Assembly: GCA_051294375.1 (NCBI GenBank)
Contig: CM119268.1
Location: forward strand, 2,725,292 to 2,789,291
Source: Paraspadella gotoi
Taxonomy: Eukaryota; Animalia; Chaetognatha
DNA length: 64,000 bases
Direction of reading: 5' to 3'
Shown: positions 23,085 to 36,282 of the stretch, in pieces
Layout of the letters: every line of letters begins with the position of its first letter
How positions within the stretch are numbered: the stretch's first letter is position 1
Notes under the pieces: model-generated
What the model saw: the letters and a program-made list of their open reading frames with translations, nothing else
Told to the model about the DNA's origin: nothing
Databases searched by the model: none
Translations under genes and position numbers: made by a program

Positions 23085-26000
23085 GAGAGCAGAAGAGAAG
23101 AGCCCGGCTTAAATATATTGGCGACAATGTTGAGAAAACGGTCAGTTGTGGATCTTCTAATGGATTCTCGGAGGCAAACGAGGAAAGCAAAGGGAATGAA
23201 GAAAAAGAAAGGAAGGAAAAAATTGCGAATAAAATAAGTTGCTGGATTGTAAAGAAGTAAAGGAATAGAATATAATATAATTGTTAAAGGAGGAAGGAAT
23301 AACTAACGATTTCCAGAAAAGCAAGCTTGGTTAAAATAATTTTTAACATTAATATACTTCTTATGTTATTTTATTTTCTTTTTATTTTTATATTTTTTCT
23401 TATAGAAGTTTTCGTGACCATATATGGTTAAGAGAGAATGATATAAGGGACATTATTTGTGATTTCGTATAATGTCTATAGTCGTGATTTATTATTTCAT
23501 GGCTTTTTTAACAAGGTCACGTCTGTTACACACTTAATTCGATCGCTCAGTTGTTACGTCGAGTCGTTGAAATTCTCGTATCGTCAATAACAAAAGATTT
23601 TTGATTTGTCTTCACGGTTTGAAAGGTTTTAGAGTGAAGGGTTTGAGAGTGAAGTGTTGAGAGTGAAGGGTTGAGAGTGAAGTGGTTGAAGAGTGACAGG
23701 TTTTGAGAAAGCGAATGGTTGAGAGTGAAGGTTGAGAGTGAAGGTATTTGAGAGTGAAAGGGATGAAAATGTTGTTTAAATGTTAAAACCGCACGTTTAT
23801 AACATATATGTACGTACTTCGTCAGTTTAATGATTAGCCAAAAAAAATTAATGTTAAAAAAAGGTATTCGTTAAAACATTTCAAACGGATAGAACAAGAG
23901 TCCGCAAACAATCCCAAAAAAGGGAACATATGTTGAGCGAAGTGAGTTTCGCAAAGGCAGCAATAAACTCTAATACGGAAGTGAACTTCCTGGGTTCTTG
24001 CGGGGAGGAAAAGGGGTTGGGGCGAAAGTGAGAGAGTAACTCGTAGCTCCTTTATCTTTTATTTGAAAAGGAATTATGTGGATTTCGGGGTTTGAGGTAT
24101 GGGGGGTAAGCCATGATGAGAGACAAAGAGAGTTCGCCTAACATATAGAGACAAGCAGATGGGTCTCTCAAGCTCTTCGTGATCTTGAATACTTTCACAT
24201 TTTCTCTGCAGCGAGAAGATAAATGCAAAGAAAAAAAGAGAATCTACGTCGCACGTTCACGAGGTTAAGAAAATACATAGAAATTACATTATTCATGACA
24301 ACTGGTACTTCAATCAACAGTTTTGTATCTTTTCGTTTTTGAAGTTCTCCCATTATTGTTCTTCTTCTAGCGCGTCCATCTTATGAAATTCTTTCTAATT
24401 TTCTTTTTCTCTGGTGCTCCTCTAACCGGCTCTAATGCGTTTCTCGTCTAGCGCAGCCGAGAAAAAAAGGGAAAAAACAAGGAAAAAAGAAATAAAGAAG
24501 AAAAAAAAAGAAAAGTATAATGAAAGAAGAACGCCGCGTAAGTCGGCCGGTTCTCGCTTCCGCCCGCCCCCTTCAACCCAAAAGGCCGCCGGGTTTCCAT
24601 CGGCCGGTGGAGACCTGCGGGACGAATATCGTCATTCTGTCCTTAATTCTTTCGGCTTCTTCTTTTCCGACCTTATCCGACGCCCGGGAATCTCCATCCT
24701 CTTCCTCTCAGTTCGTCAGTCTCTCATGTATTCTCTCTGTCATCTCTCTCTCTCATATTAGTCTCTCTCATCTCATCACTCACACACACACCACTCCTAA
24801 AAGGGTTCGAACTCCCAGGCGCCGTGAATTTTGGGGTGACGTTTTAATGAAGACAAATCTGAGTTACATGAGCAGCGGAAAGAAGCGATAGAGGAAATCG
24901 ATAGAAAGAAGGGAAAATGCGAGAGAGCGAATTGCGGATATGACTATCGCATTGCGTATGCAAAATGAAGAGATGTTTGGAAAAAAGCGAATCGACAAAT
25001 TACACATAGTGGAATAACAATTAAACAACAAATCCAGACACAGAAAAAAGTTGGGGAAGAAAAAAAAACCCACATGGAAGAATCAATATTATTTACATAA
25101 ATCTTCACAATTACTATTTAAAAAGGACGAAGCTTCGTAAGTTGGAAGACTGAAAATACGACTTACAACTCCACCGCTCTCGTCCACCACTCCTCTTCTA
25201 CACCATCTCCTCTCGGCCCTGGGCTCGGGTGCTCAGGGGCTGAACGGGGAACCCGATGATGGGCGAGGTATCGATACTAATAGCCGAATATCTTCTTCTC
25301 TTTCTTTCGAAAAATTTGGATATAAGTTTTTAAAAACTTTCTTACAGCCGGGGGTTAATTTCTACCTCCCGCCCTTCTCTCTACCTTCGGCGAGCTTTCA
25401 CCGGTCGGGCCCTGACGGCCACCTGTTGTGCAGCTCGTATACTGTCAGGATTTATTTTGTATATATCCTTCGACCCACTGTGACAGCGTCCGTAAGTGCA
25501 CGTCGGTCGCGGTGGAAGACCCGACACCTCTCCCCCTTCGAGAGAGATTCTCTTCGAATGGCGACCGCCGGGAGCTACCGCCCACCGCGCGCGCACGCTC
25601 GCCGCAGTTCCTCGAACCGATCGATTCGGGCGAAGGACTTCCTTCCTGGGCGGCGCCGCGTATCGATACCCGGCATCCCCGCTGAGCGAGGGACTTCTTG
25701 ATCCTTCACTGGCTGTGAGCTTGCACGGCTCAATACTGTTGATTTTTTTCGCTATTCGGCTCCCCATCGCGCTCTGGCCCGAGAAAGTGATCAAGAATAA
25801 TCGGCCATAACTACGCTGCCGGCGTGCTGATGACAATGCCGCTATTCGTCGGGTCCCACCGCTCCCCTCGTCTAGCACTATACAAGTAGAAGTCACGCGG
25901 TCTCCCCGCCCCGCGTGCGATGACGGCGGAAGAAACAATTTAACGGAGAGCGTTCGGTGTAGAGAGGGTGGGTATAGAAGTTAATGAAAATCCTTTATCA

Positions 26001-26426
26001 TTTTCATGGTTTACAAAAGAAAAATGGCTTTGTCTGGAATTTGAGGAGGTTTTTTGGCCAAATTCGCCGTCTCAACGCTATATGGTAGATTTCGGGAAAA
26101 GCATTTTTTTGGGACACAAATTACGGAACACCCATGAGGGGGGAATCTCAGAGTTGAGGCAAAGAAAGACAAACGAAGCGTAGGTTGGCCGATTGACGAA
26201 GGAGGAGGCTGTGCACAGTTTTCGATTTTTCTCCCGCAGAAATGTGAGCTTCGTCCCGCGACTTTCTTCGTGCCACCATCGTTACAGGGAAGCGGTTGGG
26301 ATCTCTATTCAACAACCTCTTAGACGATTCTCTCGAAAAACCTGGTGAGGACATATAGTCAAACGCGTCTCATCGTAAAGAAGCATAAGGTCGAGATAAT
26401 AAATGACTCTTCCAAAAACCTTCACC
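23085..26426 (+). repeat. Copy 1 of a ~3-kb direct duplication (distal 1.2 kb is very noisy and insertion-rich)
   Basis: Colinear with 26452-29110; central part about 24490-24790 is essentially identical to 27730-28030; ends at a 25-N gap. Confidence 0.85.
23615..23765 (+). repeat. 13-15-bp minisatellite (GGTTGAGAGTGAA)n
   Basis: About 10 units; duplicated at 26945-27075. Confidence 0.9.
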
Positions 26427-26451
26427 NNNNNNNNNNNNNNNNNNNNNNNNN

Positions 26452-29110
26452 GAGAGAGAGAGAAAAGCCCGGCTTAAATTATTGGCGACATTGAGAAACG
26501 GTCAGTTGTGGATCTCTAATGGATTCTCGGAGGAAACGAGGAAAGCAAAGGGATGAAGAAAAAGAAAAGGAAGGAAAAAAATGGAATAAAAATAAGTTTG
26601 AGAAGAAGTAAAGGAATAGAATATAATATATTGTTAAGGAGGAAGGAATAACTAACGATTTCCAGAAAAGCAGCTTGGTTAAAATAATTTTTAAAAAATA
26701 ATAAATTCTATAGAAAATATATATTTTTTTTAAGAAAAAGGTTTTCGTGTTTGGGTTAAAGAAGAGAATGATATAAGGGACAAATTATTATGATGTTTAT
26801 GTCTGTCTATAGTCGTATTATTATTATCATCGGCTTTTTTAACAAGGTCGTTGTTAACAGAAAGTTATTCGTCGTCGTTGTTAACGTCGTCGTTGAAATT
26901 CTCGGTATCGTCATAACCAAAGATTTTGATTTGTCTTCACGTTTGAAGGTTTTAGAGTGAAGGGTTGAGAGTGAAGGTTTGAGAGTGAAGGGTTGAGAGT
27001 GAAGTGTTGAGAGTGAAGGTTTTGAGAGCGAATGGTTGAGAGTGAAGGTTGAGAGTGAAGGTTTGAGAGTGAAAGGATGAAATGTGTTTAAATTTAAAGA
27101 CGTTTATACATATATGTACGTACTTCGTCAGTTAATGATTAGCCAAAAAAATAATGTTAAAAAAGTATTCGTTAAAACATTTCAAACGATAGACAAGAGT
27201 CCGCAAAAATCCCAAAAAAGGGGAAAATATGTTGAGACGAAGTGAAGATTCGCAAAGGCACAATAACTCGACCGGAAGTGAATTCTGGGTTTTGGGGGAG
27301 ATAAGGGGTTGGGGCGAAAGTGAGAGAGACTCGACTCCTTTTATCTTTTTATTTGAAAAGGAATTATGTGGTTTCGGGGTTTGAGGTATGGGGGGAAGCA
27401 GTGAGAGAGGACAAAGAAAGTTCGCCTAAATATGGACAAGCAGAGGGTCTCTCAAGCTCTTCGTGATCTTGAATACTTTTTCACATTTTCTGAGCGAGAA
27501 GATAAAGCAAGAAAAAAGAGAATCACGTCCACGTTCACTAAGAAAATACATAGAAATTACATTATTCATACAACGGAATTATCAACGGTTTTGTTTCGTT
27601 TTTAAGTTCTCCCATTTTGTTCTTTTCTAGCGCGTCATTTTATGAATTTTTCTAATTTCTTTTTCCGGTCCTCTACTGCTCTAGCGTTTCTCGTCCTACG
27701 AGCCGAGAAAAAAAGGGAAAAAAAGGAAAAAAGAAATAAAGAAAAAAAAAGAAAAGTATAATGAAAGAAGAACGCCGCGTAAGTCGGCCGGTTCTCGCTT
27801 CCGCCCGCCCCCTTCAACCCAAAAGGCCGCCGGGTTTCCATCGGCCGGTGGAGACCTGCGGGACGAATATCGTCATTCTGTCCTTAATTCTTTCGGCTTC
27901 TTCTTTTCCGACCTTATCCGACGCCCGGGAATCTCCATCCTCTTCCTCTCAGTTCGTCAGTCTCTCATGTATTCTCTCTGTCATCTCTCTCTCTCATATT
28001 AGTCTCTCTCATCTCATCACTCACACACACACACCAAAAGGGTCTCGAATCCCAGGCGCCGGAATTTTGGGTGACTTTTATGAGAAAAATCTGAGTTATG
28101 AGCAGCGAAAGAAGCGATAGAGGAGAATCGATAGAAAGAAGGGAAATATGCGAGAAGCGATTGCGAAATGACTATGCATCGTATGCAAAAAAGAGATGTT
28201 TGGAAAAAGCGATCGACAAATTACACTATGGAAAAAATTAAAACAAAAATCCATTCAAAAAAAAAAGTGTGGGAAAAAAAAACCCACATGAAGAATCATA
28301 TTTACTAATCAGCAATTACTAATTAAAAAGGACAAGCTTTGTGGTTGAAGGAAATCGACTTACTCCCTCCACCCTCTCTCCACCCTCTCTCCGATGTTTG
28401 GAAAAAGCGATTCGACCCAAATTACACTATGGAAAAAATTAAACCAAAAAAGCCTATACAAAAAAAAAGTGTGGGAGAAAAAAAACCCACCATGAAGATC
28501 CATATTTACTAATCAGCAATTACTAGTTTATAAGACAAGCCTTCGTAGTTGAATGAAATCGACCTCTACAACCTCCACCCTTCTCTCCACCCTCTCTCAC
28601 CCTCTCTCCCCCTTCTCTCCACCCTCTCTTCCCCTCTCTCCCTCGTGCACATTCCTTACATTCCTGCTCCCCCCCCATCTCTCCGACCGCGGACGCAACT
28701 ATTAAAACCCCAAATCGCATTCATCGGCACCTGCCCGCTTCCTCCCGCAGATAATATCAGAAATANNNNNNNNNNNNNNNNNNNNNNNNNAATCGTCTGC
28801 TTCGCCATCGTCCTGTCAGATATAAAGTAGTTCTCTCGTTACGATGAAATTATCTTCGTTATATCATTCTTGTTTAACAAACAAATGCCTTTGTCTGAAA
28901 TTGAGGGTTTTTTTTGCCAATCGCGTCAACTTGTAAATCAAACATTTTTTGAAAAATAAACCAAATTACAAACAAACGAACATTTCCTAGAAATGAGCGT
29001 CAGTTTTTTCCGAGAAATGAGCTTCCATTCGTCATCTCTTCAACTTCGATACGAAAACTCGATATAAACGTCATCGTAAAAACAAATAAGGCGAAGAAAA
29101 ACCTCAAACC
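26452..29110 (+). repeat. Copy 2 of the ~3-kb direct duplication, with an internal re-duplication at about 28390-28620
   Basis: AGCCCGGCTTAAAT..., the (GGTTGAGAGTGAA)n array and ORF MKEERRVSRPVLAS all recur; differences are mostly 1-nt indels. Confidence 0.85.
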
Positions 29111-29751
29111 TTACCCCTCCCCCCCTCTCCTCCCCCCTCCGTACCCCATCCGCCACCCCCCTCACTTTCCCTCGATCTCGATGGAACCGTGGAATCGTCT
29201 CCGTCCGAAAGAATCCAATCGAACCATAAAAAGGGAGGATAACTCGACGTCTCGTCCCATAACCGAATTCCGCCCCGGGATTTATTTGGCTGGGGAAAGA
29301 AGGGGAAATCAGAGGTGGAAACGGGAGAGTGGGAGGTGGAAAAAGGTAAATGAAAAGGTGGACACGGGGAGGTGGGTTGTGGACGAAGATGAGAAAAGGG
29401 AAAGTGGGAACGGATTTTAATCGGAGGTGGAAATGTTGTTTGTCGAAATGAGAATGCAAGAATACCTGGCATCATTTTTGATGATTTTGGTAAAGGGAAG
29501 AATTGTAGAACCCAAGCGGCAAAGTGAAAAAATGAAATATGTATTTGAATTTCAATTATTTGAGATGGAAACAATTAAAGCAAACATGACGAATGGTCTT
29601 GACGTCAAAACGTCAATAAATTCGTTATCATCATTATCATCATCCTCGTCACAATAGAGTATATATATCTTTAAGGGGAAGGTAATTTTGACGAGATTGA
29701 AAGTCTACTTTCAAAGCCAATCCCTCTATCTCTCTCTCTCTCACTCTCTCT

Positions 29752-29825
<74 letters not shown>

Positions 29826-30285
29826 CTCCTCTCTCCACCTCCCGTCCCTATTTATCGTCCCTTCTATCAACATTGAAACTCCTTTCGCTAAAGCGAGCGT
29901 TCTTAAGGATTTAAATTCTCTGCTCCTAATTCTTGTTCTAAAGTGAAAACCTCTCTCTCTTTCTCTCTCTCTCTCCTCTCTCTTCTCTCTGCTCCCTCTC
30001 CAGTACTCGTAGAATATTTTGAAGGGTCGGGCTGGAGAAAGACTACCCCCATTTTTTTTCTCCCACATAAAAATTCAACTCTCTCGTTTTCAATCTCTCT
30101 CTCTCTATCTCCTCTCTCTCTCTCTCTCTTCTCATCTCTCTCTCTCTTCTCTCTCTCACCGGGGTGAATCGCGATGGTGAATTCGATCATCGGCTGGAAA
30201 AAAAATTCACGAAAATCGTGAGTTCTAGTGACGTCATTCACATATTCACCGGAAATTCGTTCGAAAATTTGCACGAGAGAATAAT

Positions 30286-30520
30286 GGTCGTCGTCGTCGT
30301 CGTCGTCGTCTTCGTCGTCGTCGGCGTCTTCGTCGTCGTCGGCGTCGTCGTCCATTTTGTTTACGTTCTGGATCGATGCAATCGCATTAGTCATCAACGC
30401 TCTTGTCATCGTAGAAGTTGTCGTCGTTGTCGTCGTCGTCGTCGTCGTCTTCATCGTCTTCCTCATCGTCGTCGTCTTCGATGTCATCGTCGCTTTTAAT
30501 CCAAGTCTTCGTCATCGTCA
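30286..30520 (+). repeat. (TCG)n trinucleotide repeat
   Basis: Directly visible; similar tracts at 47499-47590, 49449-49510 (GAC) and 60495-60582. Confidence 0.9.
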
Positions 30521-31004
30521 TCCCTAACGCCGACGTCGACTTTTCAATTCGTCGACGTCAACCTTAATCTCGTCGCTGTCATCTTCGATTACCTCACGCT
30601 CGTCGCTCGCCTCGTTGTTGTGGTCGTCGTTGTTGTTAGCGAAGAACAAGCGCAAAAATAGGAAAGTTTTAAAAGTAAAAATATTGAAGGAATTTGTTTT
30701 TTAATTATTTTTTATTATTTTTATTTTTATTATTTTTTTAATTTTTTAAAATTTTTTTTTTTTCTTGTGTAAAAAAAATTTTCGGTTTTGGTGAAAAAAA
30801 AATTAGTCGGTGATAAAAGGAATATAGCAAGATTATGAATTTTAAGGATAAATCCAACGAAGGCACTCAATAAAACAGGCCCTTTGACCCTTTGGCCCTC
30901 GTTAAGCTCTGTCATCTAATTATTATCATCTGTGACCACACGTTTCAGAGTGATGATCTGAGGTAGTCCCAAAGTCCCTTGTTAGACAAATGCCTTTACA
31001 GTAA

Positions 31005-31122
31005 GAGTAGAGTAGAGTAGAGTAGAGTAGAGTAGAGTTAGAGTTGAGTTTTGAGTTGAAGTTGACGTTGCAGTTTGAGTTTTTGAGTTGAGTAGAGTAC
31101 AGTACAGTAGGGTCGAGTAGAG
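31005..31122 (+). repeat. (AGTAG/AGTTG)n pentamer repeat
   Basis: Directly visible. Confidence 0.85.
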
Positions 31123-31236
31123 TCGCTCTCTCTCTGAACTGACTTCCCCTCCTCTTCATTTGACAACCGAATCTTCTTCACCGTGAAACTTCACCCCTTC
31201 TTTAGCTCTCTNNNNNNNNNNNNNNNNNNNNNNNNN

Positions 31237-34200
31237 AAAAAAGAAGAGATTGCTTGCACGAACACACAGCATTATAAGCAATGAAGTAAATTGCAAAACA
31301 ATCAGCTTTCTCAGCCCAGTACCGCCCAAGAATCAGTTAATCCTGCCTCCACTTTAGGAACAAGCGCCCCTCTCATCTGAGGTGGGTTGGCCGGCGGTTC
31401 CAGACGCCGCATGCACTCGCTCTGGCTCGCGCATCATCGCCGGGTCATAGGCTATTCCACATCCGCGCTATTGTCGCGCTAGTAACGAGATGCGACGTGA
31501 TCTCCACGAGGCGCCACAGGGACCTACATCCGTCCAGCTCTTCTCGATTCGGACACTCGCGGAGTATATGCTGCCGTCACACACGTGGGGCCGGGAGCTT
31601 GAGAGTCGACATCAGAGAACAAGATTAAGTACCTGATATAGAGCGTGCTATCAGAGTGTAGTCGAGAGACTATTTTCGTTGTTCATCTGTCTATCTTACT
31701 ATTCTGACTAGATATCTTGATATTAACCTGAAATATTTAGGGTGGCCGTTTTTTACTGTTCCTGATTAATTTAAAACATCTCATTGGTCCGCTTGCTCTC
31801 TCCTCTACTACTTCTCTCAGAGTATTAGTCGTTATAATTCTTAGTTTTATTTGAATTCTTCTAAATCTAGCTTCTTGACTTTTCTTTTTTTTCTTCTGCT
31901 CTTTCTTCCGAGGAGGTCTTTCTGTCTCTTATTCTCATCATTTCTTTTCATTCTTTCTATTATTTTTTTAATGAGTATATCATTATTTTTAACATGACGC
32001 ATGTATTTTTCATTAGCTAAAATAGTAAATTTAGTGACGTCGGAAACAGAAACAAGAATGCTATCAAAACTTCATTAAGGTCAGGGCTACAAAACAATTT
32101 ATCATCAGAACATTCATAGTGGGGTTTCATCCTCATACATATCAGTATATGGCGACTCACCGGATCAGCCGTGCAGCATGAGAATGTCATGTTGTGAGGC
32201 TGAGGCTGTGAAAGAATCCGTGTAGGAGAAGCGCCACCACCTTTCCGCGTATTGTCACGGGGATCCTGTCCTCAGGGGCAAATGCTGTAACATTATGGCA
32301 CAATAGAGTGGTGTGGCCCACACATACAATACAGGCATTTTTAAGGCAAAGTTAGCCACTGTTCAGAGTCCCAAATGGTATCTATCTCACAGACATCTAT
32401 AACATCTAACCATTTCTTTTCCATATAACGAATCTTCAGTCTCTGTCAGTTGCGACAGTATCTTTTCAAAATTCAGCTTTCGCACAACCTTCATCACATC
32501 GTGCCATATCATCGTTCGACAGACATATCATCGAAAATGCTCAAAGGCGTTCATCTGTGAGGCATGACCTGCTCATGTCGCATTCACATCTCTGAAGTAT
32601 CGACACTGGACGAGAACCACTCTCGGTTGACGCTTGTAAATAGGTTGACACCCATTGCGTCTAAACACCGTAGAGCCCCACTTCTTGCACTGTTGAGCCA
32701 AGTCCGTTCCACGTCGATCTCCGCTCACGCTAGGCGCTCTGATGGACAGCGATGCAATATCCAACCGTCGCCTCTCTCAATCTTCCTTTTTAGCATCAGT
32801 GCTCCCCACGTCAAATTTTCTACAACATGGATCCAATCTTTCTATCTGTGAGAAAGATGATGAAGTCCGTCTAAACTATCAACTTTCTCGCCCGTGATGG
32901 TACTGATGGATTGCTGTGCACTTTTTCCGGCGCAGTATTCTCGCCTTTAGTAAGCTCACATCTGGATTGATTCAACTACCAGTTATTCTCTTGTTGAATA
33001 ACACGTAGGCTCTCTCTGTCATACCTATTTGCATGCGGGCTCACACTTTCCTGGGGTTCGCCTATACAGTTTAGTGGTGCAAGCCAAAAATACTATAATG
33101 ACATGGCTTCACATGTCATGCGCTTAGGTAGAACGCTGTTCCAAGCGATGAGAGCAGGATTCTGTTTTCCAGGCGAGTAGTATGCAGAGGAGAGAGAGAG
33201 TTAGGTTATGGACGCAAGATAGATCGCTTAGAGCAAGCATGAGACAGAGAAAGGAGTTACGAGAGACGATGATTTGCAGTATGAGAGAGCACCAAGAGAG
33301 AATGTCAGTATGATGAGTACGTTAGAGAGAAGATCTGCCAGAAGACTGCTTAAGATAAGAGTAGTATTCCTGCAGAGAGTAGGGGATATATTCATATATG
33401 TCAGCTCTTTAAAATCTTTCTCACTATTATGTATATTTGTTACGTCAGTATGAGTCCATGTCCATGTAGAATAGACAAATGTGAGTTTCGAAGCTACTTG
33501 ATAGCTGATCATGCTATATCACACCGAATCGTCAGTAGCTTTCAAGTCCTGTTATTAACATGGGATTGCAAGTCATAACTGCTCGCATATGCAGTTCCAG
33601 ACATCAACATGATTACTATGTCTATCTCGCACAAAACAGGTTAGCGTGCGGAAATTTTCCGATGTTTCTAGACATCAATGCCTAACACAGACGATGGAAT
33701 CCTTTTTTGGTCAAATTAGCAGCATGTCATGACCGAAGTATCGCACTTTGAATACATAATTAATTCATGATATAAATCTATATAAGGTACTGGTATTCTC
33801 CGTGAGAACCAGCTAAACGTTAGTTAGTATCTGCACTCTAGGACATGTTAACAAACGAAAAAGATCGCCAAGCTTTGCAGCGCATAGCTATATCTGTCTA
33901 GGGTCGATCGACTCTGTCGAGAGAGACAAGGCGATGATACGTATGTCAATCGCTGATAGAACCTAGACGACGACACACTTCGTCGCAGTTATATCTGTCT
34001 CATTTCCAATCACTGTTTGCGGAGGAGAGTGAACGGATTGCGACTGTAGACGCTAATGTCTCGTCCACGCAGCTAGCATTGGATCTCCTACATTTGTGTG
34101 AATTATCCTGTATCAGATAATCGGCGACTGTGCACTACGATTCTGGCGTACTAATTACGCAGAGGTCTCGCAACTTGAGAGACTTAGCCTATAGCGTATC

Positions 34201-35660
34201 CCGCACAGACTTAAATGTAGTCCAGCTGTCTTGTTTCATTAAACAGAAAGATCTGCGTAATGCGGTTCTCTATCTGGTTCTATGCGTTCTGTGGAGCGGC
34301 GTCCTTCGGGCAGGAGTGCATTGTGCGGTTTAATGGCTGGTTGTGGCAGAGCCAGTGTTCGGAGTCGCGTAACAAGTACGAGTCGGTGGAGCTGCCGAGG
34401 CAGGTGTCTTTACAGGTTGTCGGCACAGGAAGAGGATCGGCGGTGAAAGCGGCCCGCCCGCGACGTGTGCAGGCGCACAAAGTACCGATGCGATCTACAC
34501 CACTCAATTCAGGCGAGAAACAGACGTATTTTCTACAGAAAGGACGATACGACGTAATTTTTTTATATCTGAATTCATTTCAGTCAATATATAATGGTAC
34601 TCTTCACTATCATCCGTGATACTGAGAATGACATATCTCTATGAAATTTATGTTATCGTACATGTTAGTCTAGCTTTTAGGCTATACGAGTGCAATTTCT
34701 CTTATTCACTTCTATCTATTATTTATCTTTGTTTATCTATATCATATTCTGTGTGATCCGCAACTTCGCATTCTCTCTATTCTTTTACATTATTCTTTTT
34801 GCAGCTGCTTTATAATGAGGGTCAAATTCATGCTTATGAGATATCTTTGTAAACTTCTAATCTCTTATATATAACAAATACTATTTTACTAAAATATATT
34901 CTATGCATAGTGTCGTCGTCGAGTCCTAGAAATCACCCTTGCTTGACTCTATCTTTTCATCGCATTCCATTATGCGTGTTCACTCTATGGCTCTGTCTTC
35001 ACCTAATCTCATTCGTTCTTCCAGGTGACGAGCTTCAATCAACGTTTGCGTTATCACAACCTTCGCCGGTGTTTCAGTCACGTGGATTCACGTAGTCGAA
35101 GTTCGAAATCCTCACTTTCACACTCTGATTATCATCATCCTTGTTCAGAATCGTGAGCTTAATATGGCCTTGGCCTCCCCTCTGCGCTTTGTCCTTCCTG
35201 CGCGTTAATTTGTGCCAAAGGAAAAGGACAAGGATTCCCACCGGGGCTCCTGTCCTCTCCTCGGTCCATCTCGCACGCATAGCAATGTTCACATATTTGG
35301 AGAGTTGGTTCGAGAAATTGAGATCGTCGGGAGACTCGGCAAGACTTTTGAGGCAAAGCTTGGTCTGCTTCCTATTCAGTGAATCCTTCAATATTTCGGA
35401 CAGCTCTCCAAGTAGTTACCCGGCGGATGTAGTCACGTCGTTCATCCGTCGAGTCTTCCGCGGCGTCTTGCCGCATGTCTCCTGGTAACCGCGCTCATGT
35501 GACGGCCCGTATGCAGGTCTGCGTTGGACACGTGCACAACACTCGAGAGCGAACTATATGACTCCGCTTTGAGAGTCGCGGGTCACTTCCTTCCACTCTT
35601 CATTCTGTCTTGGTCTCTGCTCAGACTTCCATGTGGAGTCTAATCTCGATCAGTATTGTT
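31237..35660. other. Low-quality, probably single long-read gap-fill sequence
   Basis: Starts exactly after a 25-N gap; few clean homopolymers or microsatellites compared with the flanks; GA tracts appear scrambled (33180-33390); no intact coding frame. Confidence 0.6.
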
Positions 35661-36211
35661 ATCATCGTTGTGGTGAAACAAAAAAAAAGGTTGGATAGAG
35701 AAAGAAAAAAAAATTGTTCAAATCATTCAATTAAAGTTCTAATTTTAAGTTTAAAAATAGGTAAAAAAGATCGAAAATAAAGTTGCTTCAATTATAGTGG
35801 AATTCGTTGGTCAAAGCCAAATTATTCAACAGAATTTTCTACAAAACAAAATTGAATTTAAATCAAATACAAAACAATTCGTAAAAATGCCGTTTTGTCA
35901 ATTCAGATCAATTTTCAATAAAGATTTCTCAGTTACGGAAATCACTGGTTACAAATATCGAAATAAGGACGGCAAGTAAAGCAAACAAGAAAAAACATAG
36001 AATCATTCAGCGTCAATTCATGTATCATCGGTTAAAGCATTACGACTTAACCAATCAATCAAATCATCAACTTATGACCGATTCACCTTGTTGGATTGAT
36101 GTCGGTTCCGATCCGAAGGTTGGCGTGACAAGCTTTGATGGCATTAATCCAATTCATGTCAATCATAAAACAAGCTTACGGCCGTTGAAGCGAGAATGGT
36201 TATTTTCTTAC

Positions 36212-36282
36212 TGGTAGAGAGACCTTGGACTCTCCAACGCGTCGCAGGGTAGGAATGGCTCGTCGTGAGGGTAGGGGCTCAA
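36212..36282 (-). other. Candidate short exon, identity unknown
   Basis: Complex-sequence island with ATGCAG| acceptor and |GTAAGA donor on the minus strand; two frames open (LSPYPHDEPFLPCDALESPRSLY or EPLPSRRAIPTLRRVGESKVSLP). Confidence 0.2.

Noticed and set aside
23615-23765. Interstitial telomere-like G-rich repeat
   Set aside because: The 13-15-bp unit does not match TTAGGC, TTAGG or TTAGGG; an ordinary minisatellite.
24520-24891. ORF MKEERRVSRPVLAS present twice (also 27761..28120)
   Set aside because: The identity reflects the DNA duplication, not protein conservation; no domain or splice support.
25381-25938. 185-aa GC-rich minus-strand ORF and overlapping ORFs
   Set aside because: Lies in the insertion-inflated noisy end of a duplicated block next to a 25-N gap; no recognisable domain.
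35074-35488. Protein-looking ORFs on both strands
   Set aside because: Within the noisy gap-fill block; no recognisable family.
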